Source: Cyanidioschyzon merolae | Taxonomy: Eukaryota | NCBI GenBank assembly: GCA_000091205.1 | Contig: AP006495.2 | Reading direction: 5' to 3' (one strand) | Length of the DNA stretch: 64,000 bases | Shown here: in pieces, positions 42,850 to 52,362 of the stretch | How positions within the stretch are numbered: position 1 is the first letter of the stretch | Layout of the letters: every line of letters begins with the position of its first letter | Made by a program: the position numbers and the translations under genes | Notes under the pieces: generated by a model | What the model saw: the letters and a program-made list of their open reading frames with translations, nothing else | The model's database searches: none | Told to the model about the DNA's origin: nothing

Positions 42850-43700
42850 TTTGTGGCCATCAGCGAGAGGCCGTTCGATACACATATGATGCTGCTCACA
42901 TCATTTGTATCCAGAGGCTCCCGTCTCGTCCGTTTGCATGCGAAAAGGTTTCGAGCTAGAACTGGAGCCATCGCAGCGACCGTATACTGTGAAGCGTGCG
43001 TCAGTGCGTGGCAAGAAGGGAGCGTAAACGGGTCAGGACCTGTCGACTTGTTCTCTAGTCTGGACATTCCTTCCGGTTCTTGGTTCATCATGGGCAACAT
43101 GGTGTTCCATGAACCCCCAGTCGAATGGAACAGCGTACGATTGCGCATCCAGACAGAACAGAGACCTTGCTGAACAGTTCGCGTACAGAAAATGCCTGCG
43201 ATCGTAGTTTTTACCCAGTTGGGCGCGGAAACGGACGAGCACATCCCTGGGGGGAGCCTCTGCTTCCAGTCAAGAGCAAGTACCAAGGGAAGAAGCCAGC
43301 GTGCATGCGCTACAAGGCAACCCTGGGAGCAGGAGAAAAAGGTTCAATAGACATCTTGAAACACCTGATCACAGTCAAAATGTGAACGCCGCGACAAGCG
43401 TAACGATGTTGTATTCAAAGCAGGTGAGCATGAGAAGCGATTCGTAGATCGCATTCCCCACCTTTGCTCCAAATGCGTCGCTGACACCGGGAAGCCGAGT
43501 CATCGGGACTTGAACGCTGCCATCAACCTCCGTCGACTGCGGAAAACGGTACTCGAGGGAGATGCGTGACCAAAGTCTTTCAATCTGGAGATACGAGAAA
43601 AGAAAAGCAGGCAATCACACGGAAGGCCAGCAAACGCCACCGCTGATAAACCTGGGAGAAGACCAATATACTAGTATCCATGCCCGACATGGAATTCTCT
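42850..43700 (+). mobile_element. TnpB/Fanzor-like RuvC nuclease remnant (subfamily 2, copy B), 3' portion with frameshifts
   Basis: Frame 1, 43369-43569, reads SQSKCERRDKRNDVVFKAGEHEKRFVDRIPHLCSKCVADTGKPSHRDLNAAINLRRLRKTVLEGDA. That is a zinc-finger C-x2-C followed by the RuvC-III motif RDLNAAINL. Upstream frames carry W...F and TEQ-RPC (a degraded yTSQ-C). About 100 bp downstream is homologous to the copy D flank. Confidence 0.55.
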
Positions 43701-43908
43701 ATTCGTTTTCCCCTACTATGGGTGTATGGCATTTCAAACACCCAAGCAAAGTGCATCCAGTGTACACAATCATCCGCCGCCGCCGCCACCGCCGCCGCTG
43801 CACCGCCGGCGCGATGGACAACCGCTGCCTTCATCGCGTGAATACTCCAACTGCTGAGATCTGTTCCTGAAGTTCCTTCTCAGCACTGCTTGTGAGCTAG
43901 CCAAGCTG

Positions 43909-44946
43909 ATGTTCGTTCTCGGTTTGCTGCACGCTGCGCGGCCTAGTCTTTCTTGGCAGAAACTTGAGCGTCGGCGACGTCTGCACTTGGGGCAGCGGAG
44001 ACCGCGCTCCAGTGGACGTGGTTGCGTGGTGGCGTTGCGGCCGCCACCGGGTGACCCCATCGCCAAGAAGTACGCCGAGCTGGACAGCGACCCCTACGGA
44101 CCCGCGCGTATTCGAAACGAGCCCCAGATGGAAAAGAATCAGTTTGGGATAGAGCAACCGGTGCTAAAACCGTTGGAGCAGTTTCAGGTCTCGATTTTTG
44201 GAGAGCTCCGTGAACCTGTCGAGGAGCAGGACTTTACATATCGCTGGGAGCGGGACAGCGACGAGGACTGGCCCGTCTGTCCGCGCGGACTTTACCCAGA
44301 AAACTACCCGCTTTCGGATGTGCTGAAGGCGGAGTTGGACATGCCAACTGTCGAGGAGTATGACTATGATGAGCGCGTGTACCATATCGTGGAGCTCGAG
44401 CCATCCATCCTCGATATGCTCCAGGAAGACGGCCTGTTGAGAGTTCGAGACAAGCGAGCGCCCAGCGACGCAACGGGTACGAAATCCAAGCGAGGTCAGC
44501 GCGGCATCAGAGCGCCGGTGGAGGGCACCGAACCCGCTCGGGCCTCGAAAGCTGGTCGACGTCGCCGGGAACGTGACGACAGCGAGGCGCTCTTTGACGA
44601 TGTAGAGGATGTCGCATTTGGAGACGATGTTTCGATCCATGAGCTACCGGACGTCGATCCCGACGAACCCACCTTGCTTGAAGACGAGTCTCTTGTGGAT
44701 GGTGATCTCGAAATCGATGACATGATCGACGAAGGCGATCTGGACGTGGATTCCGAGTATGATGACACTGCATTCGAGGACGATACAACGGACTACGACG
44801 CAGACGAGGTACTGGATGATGACAGCGATGACTATCGGTTGGATAGTTTGGACGAAGATGTTGATGTGGATTTTGACTATGACGGCGGGTTCGGTAGCCG
44901 TGCCACCGGACCAATCGGTCTCAGTGATGACTTTGACTATGATTAG
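43909..44946 (+). CDS. Hypothetical protein with an extremely acidic D/E-rich C-terminal half
   Basis: 345-aa ORF. The C-terminus is about 45% Asp/Glu with repeated DxD/DYD units (DDVEDVAFGDD...DLDVDSEYDD...DFDYD). No recognised domain. Confidence 0.4.
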   Translation: MFVLGLLHAARPSLSWQKLERRRRLHLGQRRPRSSGRGCVVALRPPPGDPIAKKYAELDSDPYGPARIRNEPQMEKNQFGIEQPVLKPLEQFQVSIFGELREPVEEQDFTYRWERDSDEDWPVCPRGLYPENYPLSDVLKAELDMPTVEEYDYDERVYHIVELEPSILDMLQEDGLLRVRDKRAPSDATGTKSKRGQRGIRAPVEGTEPARASKAGRRRRERDDSEALFDDVEDVAFGDDVSIHELPDVDPDEPTLLEDESLVDGDLEIDDMIDEGDLDVDSEYDDTAFEDDTTDYDADEVLDDDSDDYRLDSLDEDVDVDFDYDGGFGSRATGPIGLSDDFDYD

Positions 44947-45320
44947 CGGGGTAGGGCGATTTCGATGGGTACATAGACCTGTTCTTTTTTTTGTTTGCAT
45001 GCGAGCAGCCTGACGGATCAAGTGGAAACCGGTTGATGACGCGGCGATCATCATGCGCATCGGTGAGCATCTCCTTGGAACGAATAACGCGCGAGTACGC
45101 ATCAACGATTGTGCAGCGATGACACGCCCAGTCGATGAGTGCCTGGTACGGTCGTGCGCCTGTCGGAGTATGCGAATGTGTGCTCATGTTCGCAAAGCGG
45201 AGCATTGGAGTTATTCGGATTGGGGCAAATATCATAGACGTTGACGGGATCTTGACGAGTTTTGAAACGCGAAGCTCAGTGGGTCGCTTCTGAGCGACCT
45301 GTCATGATTCGAAACGCTGT

Positions 45321-45722
45321 TCATAAACTTGAGAATATGGATATATGTTTTCGTAGACGATCTGCACGGTACACGTCCGCCACGTCCGTCGGATTGTCAC
45401 CGAGCTCGCTGGCCTGAAATGCGGCCGAGAAGCGCCAGCCGGGGCTCCTGAGCACAACGTGCTGGGCTCGCAAGAGACCGCCATCGATAAGTCTTGCAAG
45501 GGTTCCCTTTCCAGAGCGAGTAGCCGGTTGCTGGTACTCCCAGCGAGGTTTTCGGCGTTCGATATTCGAGAGTCCTGTCGTGGTTTCCGAACACTGGACA
45601 AAAAGCATACTTGTCTCTGTCATGGTTATCCTGGATCGCAGAGCGCCTGCGCCCAGTTGCGACTGGAAGCCGTGCGCCAGGGATGCTGCTTCGCCACCGT
45701 GATTCCGTCTACGCCCGAGCAT
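45321..45722 (-). CDS. Possible NDUFS4-like (18 kDa AQDQ) complex I subunit; weak
   Basis: GAGALRSRITMTETSMLFVQCSETTTGLSNIERRKPRWEY loosely parallels human NDUFS4 [37 protein letters not shown]. Later SPGWRFSAAFQASE parallels PLMGWASTADP...FSTKE, but only with a roughly 19-aa insertion. It has an Arg-rich presequence-like N-terminus. Confidence 0.3.
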   Translation of the reverse strand: MLGRRRNHGGEAASLAHGFQSQLGAGALRSRITMTETSMLFVQCSETTTGLSNIERRKPRWEYQQPATRSGKGTLARLIDGGLLRAQHVVLRSPGWRFSAAFQASELGDNPTDVADVYRADRLRKHISIFSSL

Positions 45723-46824
45723 TCAGCGCACGATCGGATTGTGTACTTGCCGCTGCTGGAAGCGTACGAGTTTCATGTCGATGCATGATGCGTCCTCAAG
45801 TCGCCTGTCATGGAAATCAATGGAGTATGGACGTCCGTCACGCTTCCGAGGAATCTCATCCAATGAGCGGTGCCTGTTCGACGAGAGATGCATCGGTCTT
45901 GGTTCGCATTCGCCACAATCCCATGCGAACCAGAAATCCACCACTGTGCATCGCACGGACATCGAGCGCGAGGGATGAGTCGGAGGTGGTCACGAAGGAG
46001 GAAATGGTGCGCCCAGCGCTTGCTAGAAGCGTGTCGGGAACACAACCACTGCATGCTGCCACTGCCATTGAAACCGATGATGACTCGGTACTCGTGATTG
46101 TTTCAGCGGGCGAAACACTCACTGGCAGAGATCATGTGAATCCTGAGTGAGCGCGTGGCACCGTGACCCGATGCTCGGGGTAGCGAACGGATGTCGCACA
46201 GCTACCCGAACGTGACGCCGAGTGGAAGCCAGGCGGAACAGCTGCAGCGCCTCTGTATGACGCGCGTTCCGAGAGGTCTGCGGAGAGAGATGCCCACCAC
46301 TGACACTGAAGCCCGTCGCATAGATCGTACGTTTCGCCCCGGAACCCGATCTAGCTACCGGGAGACCATGTGGATGCGTCATGTATGGACGGTGGAGTTT
46401 ACCACGCGCTCGTTCGGAATCGTATACACAGGCGATGCACGTTCGCTGCATCGATCGGACGCACAGGAAGACGCAGACACCGTCATGTTTGCACGGGACG
46501 ATTCTGGACAATTACGAACAAGAATGCTTTCCGCGTGGCGTGCGCTTGTTGGGCGCATGGGACTTTTCTGAACAAATAGGTTCAAAGATTGCATTCCAGT
46601 TGGAACGCCCCTGAAGAGGCGATCGGTGCGGGGCGCGCATGCTACACGCCCGGTTGTGTTCCGATACGAGCGGCATTATCGCAGGCTGCGCAGTCGTACG
46701 CTTATACGTAACGACACGGTACCAGGAGCGTACTGGTCGCACTGAAAACAGCGACCATACAAACGTGCAAGACGCGCCGAACTCTAGCTCCTATCGGGCA
46801 GAGGTCGCTAACGGCTATCGCATA

Positions 46825-47736
46825 ATGTCCGTGTTTCGGCGGTTTCTTTATCACCTCGGGTACCTGGCACGGGAGACGGGACAGGCACTCGATCGAGCGG
46901 GCTGCTTTTTGCAAGGCAACTTTGCTTATCGAGAAGCGCTTTACTTGTCCCGACACCGCCAAATCATGAACCTGGTTGATCGAAAACCCATAATTTCTCC
47001 GCAGGTCCAGTTTATAGCTCCGAATGCTGCTATAATCGGTGACGTCGCTATCGGTGCTGCGAGCTCTGTCTGGTATGGCGCCGTCATTCGAGGCGACGTC
47101 AACAAGGTGGTCATCGGTGAGCGAACCAACGTACAGGATCGTGCCGTGATTCACGTCGCCTCTGGAGGCGGTAAGCTCGAGAGAGCGTTACCCACTTTCA
47201 TTGGCAACGAGGTAACGATTGGGCACGGAGCTATTCTTCATGCGTGTGCTGTTGAGGACCAGGCGGTTGTTGGTATGGGCGCCATTGTTCTAGACGGGAG
47301 CAGAGTCGAAAGCGGTGCAGTGATCGGAGCGGGGAGTGTTCTGCCGCCGGGCACTGTTGTCGGTGCCGGCCAGTTGTGGTTGGGTACGCCTGCGCGCTTC
47401 GTGCGCCTTGTTTCTGCCGAAGAGAAGCAGCAGTTCGCTGTCCAATGTAGTCAGTACGTCGAGCTTGCCAAAATGCATGCCACAGAATGCGGTAAGACGC
47501 CAGACCAATTGGATGCGGAGCAAATGGCGGCTCTGCTCTGGGAGGAACGCAGCGAAGACTATTTGAGCAGTCTCGGTCTTCTTGGAAAAGAAGAGGACGT
47601 TATGGCCGCGCAGAAGGCCTATTTGGCCCACGAACGACAATTGGCCGCGTCTGGTGCACCAAAAGGCAGCGGGAAACCGGAAACAAAGATTTCCTCGTCG
47701 ACTGATGCACGGCAGCAGGTGTCGGCTGGGCACTAG
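46825..47736 (+). CDS. Gamma-type carbonic anhydrase (left-handed beta-helix), complex I-associated gamma-CA/CAL. The start is taken at the ATG at 46825; the listed ORF begins at 46639
   Basis: MSVFRRFLYHLGYLARETGQALDRAGCFLQGNFAYREALYLSRHRQIMNLVDRKPIISPQVQFIAPNAAIIGDVAIG is collinear with the plant gamma-CA N-terminus (MGTLGRAFYSVGFWIRETGQAIDRLGSRLQGNYYFQEQ...). Hexapeptide repeats and conserved His residues (VIHVA, IGHGAILHAC) are present. Confidence 0.82.
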   Translation: MSVFRRFLYHLGYLARETGQALDRAGCFLQGNFAYREALYLSRHRQIMNLVDRKPIISPQVQFIAPNAAIIGDVAIGAASSVWYGAVIRGDVNKVVIGERTNVQDRAVIHVASGGGKLERALPTFIGNEVTIGHGAILHACAVEDQAVVGMGAIVLDGSRVESGAVIGAGSVLPPGTVVGAGQLWLGTPARFVRLVSAEEKQQFAVQCSQYVELAKMHATECGKTPDQLDAEQMAALLWEERSEDYLSSLGLLGKEEDVMAAQKAYLAHERQLAASGAPKGSGKPETKISSSTDARQQVSAGH

Positions 47737-48410
47737 GAGGCGGCCGCGCAACCTCACGCACCAGGCAACTGTGCTGTGCACCGCCACATGCTCTGGCATG
47801 CTTTTTAATGTGCGTGCTCGTAGATAAAAGGCAACCATGGCAATAGTTAGGAGGAATCATTGAATCGGTCGTTGAACGAGCGATTTTGGTGAAATTTCGG
47901 TTCGTTTCGAGCGAAACTATGATCGATGGCCATCATGTGATCGCAGCAGGCGATCCAGGCGTTCCTTGGAGCACATCGACTGAAGTCGTGCCCGCTCACA
48001 TGCGCCTAGCGATGAAGCATCGAATGACGAAGCTGGACGTACGTGCGTTGAAGAGGCCAGTCTCGGGAACAGCAGACCATGCTCTGGTGACAGCGTCAAA
48101 AGGCACGACGAGATACACCTTGAAAAGGCCGCTTGTGAGCATTCCGTATCCATGCTCTCGCACCAGCGTAAACAATCACTACGAAATGGATGGAGAAACG
48201 CCGTGCTCCGCGCTTGCTTCAGATACTCACCTGAAGAGCGATTGCCCATGCACGAGGTATTCATCGCGTTTGAGTGCATGACCATGATCGGGTGTATGTT
48301 CATACACCGACGTGCAGACGCTTCCCAGTGGTTCTCGAACGGCGACCTACTACTCGTTTCAACTTCTACTTGTGCAGTTCGAGCCTACGAGGTCGGTCCA
48401 CAAAGTTGGT

Positions 48411-50010
48411 TCATGACAGGCTTGGAGGTCTCCTCTGCGGTATCGCACATTTCCTGATATTGACTGCGGCGTTGACGTCCCCGTTCACGAACTCCGTACG
48501 TTTCCTGCCGCTGGATGAACGCGCCAGTGCAAGGAGTTCTCGAACTCGAGCACTCTTTGCCGTTTGATGCGCTTCAGCTCTTCGTACTTTTCTATCCCCT
48601 GAGCGATAGACTGGCCCGTTTCCATCCCGACTTTCTGAAGTGTACATCGCAGCTCATGGTGCACGTATGTCTTTCGGAACGCATCTATGGGGACCGTGTC
48701 AAAACGCTGTGCGCACTGCTCGTGCGCTAGTGTCGACGGAGCCGGTGTGCTCCCTTTCTGAGGCACCCAGCGCCATGCTCCGTATGCTATTAGGAGCATT
48801 TGACTCTTGTCTTCCTTAAAGACGCTCAACTGATTGAAGAAGTTCACGAATGCATGCTTCTTCCTGCAGCACAGCCTCATTCGCTGACGAGCCCGCCGGG
48901 CTTTGTGTACAGTTTCCACAGCTCCTCGAAATGAGCAGCTTGAGTTGCCAGGAACTCTAGAAAGGCTCGAAAGCTCGCGCATCGGCTCGTCACATTGCTG
49001 AACTCCTTCTTATGGACGTCGAGCTCAAGGCTGATCTCCTCTATGTTGCCGTGAACGGCGCTGGAATCGATTGGCTCAAAGTAGGACGTGATGTTGCACA
49101 GCAGCACGACGTTGAAGCGCTTCCCCAGTAGGAAAGCCTTCTGTCTCTCCGAATCTTCATTTTCTTCCGCATCCAGCTGAATCTCCGCCATGCGTTCGAG
49201 TTATCGGTCCGAAAACACGAAATACCGCAAGATGAGGGAATAACATCTTTTTTCATCTCTGATATCTTTTCTGCTGGATTCGCCAGCCCCAAGACCGCAC
49301 GATGCTCTTGAATAGCCGCACGGATGACGGAAGCCTCATTCATGCTCCTGCGTGATGTCTTCTCGTCGACAGATTCGATCTCCTGTTCATGCAGGCGATC
49401 GTTCATGATGCCATTGATAATCGCTTATTTTCCTCTGCGAGAGATGCCTGGGTAGAGCGCAAATATGGAGCGTTTCATGAAACGCTCCAGGTTCATGGTC
49501 ATATGGTTCTTCAGATTCGTGAGGTACTTGATTGCATCGTAAGTGTGCATATCCGAGTCATTCCTGTGTCGAGCACCGTGAAGCGGTATTCGGCGTGATT
49601 TTCCTGTAGGGTATGTACTCGATCGTTTACGCTCGACGTTTGCCCGGTGCCAAGCATCAAGTGCCGGATAATGGCCTTGTTGAAAAATTCTTCCAGAGCC
49701 TCTAATGTTTTGTTGTCCGCTACGTCGTGGCACGTCTCCTTCACCAAATGCATTATTCCTGAAGAAGCGTTACGAACACTGCTGGAGTACGACGCGACAA
49801 GGTGTCTGGTGGCCTCTCGCAACTTTTGCTTGAAGGGATCCTTGATACCGCGTCGAAGAAAAGCTGTCAGTACAATCTCGTCGTACTGTCGTCTTTCTTG
49901 CAGCATTTGACGTCGGGCCTCCGCCCTTTGCTTCTTCGTCTTCTCCTTTTACTCTGAACTCGGCACTGTTTTTCGTTTTTCTCCGGCAACCGGAGATACT
50001 GGTCCTCCAG
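48411..50010 (-). mobile_element. Degenerate TnpB/Fanzor-like element (subfamily 1, copy C), inverted relative to copy A; it retains a clean RuvC-III motif
   Basis: ORF 48411-48647 reads ...GRKRTEFVNGDVNAAVNIRKCAIP (DVNAAVNI). An upstream frame reads ...VPIDAFRKTYVHHELRC (yTSq-C-like). The 5' part is collinear with copy A, including the K-rich N-terminus EKTKKQRAEARRQ. It has multiple frameshifts. Confidence 0.5.
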
Positions 50011-50789
50011 AATCCTCCGCCTCTATACCCATACGTTTATTTTTTATGTTTCAAAAAGAATTCAATTTGAAAGCATCTGCCATGAACCAAGAAACCTCAC
50101 TGGAATACAGTAATGTGAAGGTTGAAACTCAACTGAGGTCAAACACCGTATTTGGCTATGACTGTAACATCGTTACAGCACGTACGTTAGAGCGGCACGC
50201 TAATCATCAGGATCACGTTTCTCTTGAACGGCGAGAGGCGCGTCGTGTCTCCTGCCTTCCTGATCCCGAGATGCGCATATCGACCGCGCTATAGAAAAAG
50301 GAAAGCAACGAACCGCAAACTAGCAATGAGATAGCATTGTTGTCATCGTCTATGGTGCAAATTCAAAGGGAGAAAAGCTTTCCTCATTGCCGAGAGTTTA
50401 CCTTTTAGGTGGAAGGTCCTGCGAGCCAGACGAGTGTGCCCGGTTTGCGCTCCGTGCGACTCTGCAGTGGCGGGTGCTGTGGTGACATCTGAGCGGCTCG
50501 CCCGCAACGCTGTTTATTCTGGGATAAGCGGCTGTTAGGCTGCGTCCGCGGGCGTCACCCTGGCCGTGGTAGACTCTCAGAATATCGCTTCGCGCTGGCG
50601 CAGGCAGTTCGTCTATCAACACAACTTTCTGGTTCCCAGAATGACAATATGTCCCGACCCAGTATCAGGTGTAGCATTCCCGGAGCCGACGTCCTTAGTG
50701 GTGTGGAAAAGCCGTTCATTCTCTATGATGCATCCGCACCAGCGGTACAGGTGCTATGACGGGTGCTCAAATCAGACACTCAGTGCACA

Positions 50790-50950
50790 ATAGAACATAA
50801 GAAACGACCCGCACATCCGAAATGAAGTATGGATAATGGAACCTGATGGTAGGGTGCATCATGATGGCTGCTGCCCAGAAAGCCAATACCCATTTCGCAA
50901 TCTGGGATCGCTGACCAGTGTAAACTTTTTTCATCAAAAATAAAATTCGA
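50790..50950 (+). mobile_element. SINE-like short dispersed repeat, copy C
   Basis: aagaaacgacccgcacatccgaaatgaagtatggataatggaacctgatggtagggtgcatcatgatggctgctgcccagaaagccaatacccatttcgcaatctgggatcgctgaccagtgtaaacttttttcatcaaaaataaaa. Confidence 0.6.
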
Positions 50951-51135
50951 AATCGCCGCTTGCCGCTCGCGCCACTGAGGTAGGTGACCTCGCGCGTGCG
51001 ACGTTCCGTAGAGCGCCAGGGAGCCGTACACGCCGCAACTTGCCGGCGAGTGTGCGCTTGAAACGCTGACTCAAGATCTCTAGACACGAACTCAATAGTT
51101 CCACGACTTGCAGCTTGCCGTGACTGTGGTGCGGC

Positions 51136-52362
51136 GTGGTAGTCGGGGAGCTCCGTCTAGGCAAGCGGCGGCACGCGTTGTGCATAGCGGGACTGGTGCC
51201 TGGCGTCGAGATAGCAACACTGAGACCTGCAGCGCTGTCGAGACCTGCGAATATGAACGCTGCGGTTCTTCGTGCCCCGACAGACGTGGTTCTCGTCGAC
51301 ACTGGAACAGCAGACGACACGTTCCGGGTCGACGATAACGTGGACGCTGAGAAAGTCTCGCCCAGAGTTCAGCGTTTGTCAGACCTAGACGACGCGGAAC
51401 AACCCCGGAAACAAGACGTTCATCGTGAATTGGATCCAGTGCCCACAGGTCCGCCAGTTCCTTTAGGCGAAATACCGAATATCAACTACATGATCACGAA
51501 CAAGTTCTCGGGGAAAGATGCCACTCTGAAAACAATCCACTCTTTGCTTTTTTGGAGACCCGGTACGCATCTCAAAGTAAAGCAGAGCCTCCGGCAATGG
51601 GCTGGAGTCCCCGCTGACGAGCCACCGTCGGTGGCGGATGCACGCAGACAACGAATGCGTCAGCGACTCATGCGCCTGCGGATGGACGAATTGAAACCAA
51701 TATGCAACGTGCTCGACCTGCCTCTAACGGGGGCAAAAGAAGATCTAACGCAGCGTATCATGCGCTTCCTAGAGCATCCGTTTATCTGGCCTGGACGGCG
51801 CGATCTCGCTGCAGCAGCGCAGCGTAGACGCAAACGCCGTGCGACTCCATCGAAAGGATCCACCGCGTCGAAACGACGACAGCGCCCGCATCCGTGCCCG
51901 AGACAGTCCAAGGACTCCCATTCCATGCATGCAGCTGCGAATACGCTCTCTGACGAATCGTCGGCAGCTTCCGAGGCTTCGCTGGATGACTCCGACTCCG
52001 TACCGTCGGATGCGTCATCCGATGCGGACTTTGTCTCTCATGCGCCTCGAGTGAAGCGGACACCATCGGCTTCCTCAACGGTCCGCGCAGTGGCAGCACC
52101 GAAAGCAGCTCGTTCGCCTAGTGGCGAGCGAGCGCAAGAGAAATCATCAACTCGGACGCTGCGGGCTCAGGTGACGGAAGCACTGGAGACGATCCTGCAA
52201 GACGCCAAAGACCGACTTCATTCCTTGACCATGAACCAGCTGCGGGCACAAGTTTCGCAACGAATTGGGACACCGGTCACCGACGATGAAATGGTTGCTT
52301 TTCGGCAGTTTGTTCGCTCGAAGCTCGTTTCACAAATGCAAGCTGCGAACGCCTCAAAGTAG
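51136..52362 (+). CDS. DEK: DEK-like chromatin protein (DEK core/pseudo-SAP, SAP and DEK_C domains)
   Basis: IHSLLFWRPGTHLKVKQSLRQWAGV vs human LHKLLYNRPGTVSSLKKNVGQFSGF. The SAP box LKPICNVLDLPLTGAKEDLTQRIMRFLEHP vs LKSICEVLDLERSGVNSELVKRILNFLMHP. The C-terminal DEK_C-like LHSLTMNQLRAQVSQRIGTPVTDDEMVAFRQFVRSKL. Confidence 0.72.
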   Translation: MVVGELRLGKRRHALCIAGLVPGVEIATLRPAALSRPANMNAAVLRAPTDVVLVDTGTADDTFRVDDNVDAEKVSPRVQRLSDLDDAEQPRKQDVHRELDPVPTGPPVPLGEIPNINYMITNKFSGKDATLKTIHSLLFWRPGTHLKVKQSLRQWAGVPADEPPSVADARRQRMRQRLMRLRMDELKPICNVLDLPLTGAKEDLTQRIMRFLEHPFIWPGRRDLAAAAQRRRKRRATPSKGSTASKRRQRPHPCPRQSKDSHSMHAAANTLSDESSAASEASLDDSDSVPSDASSDADFVSHAPRVKRTPSASSTVRAVAAPKAARSPSGERAQEKSSTRTLRAQVTEALETILQDAKDRLHSLTMNQLRAQVSQRIGTPVTDDEMVAFRQFVRSKLVSQMQAANASK

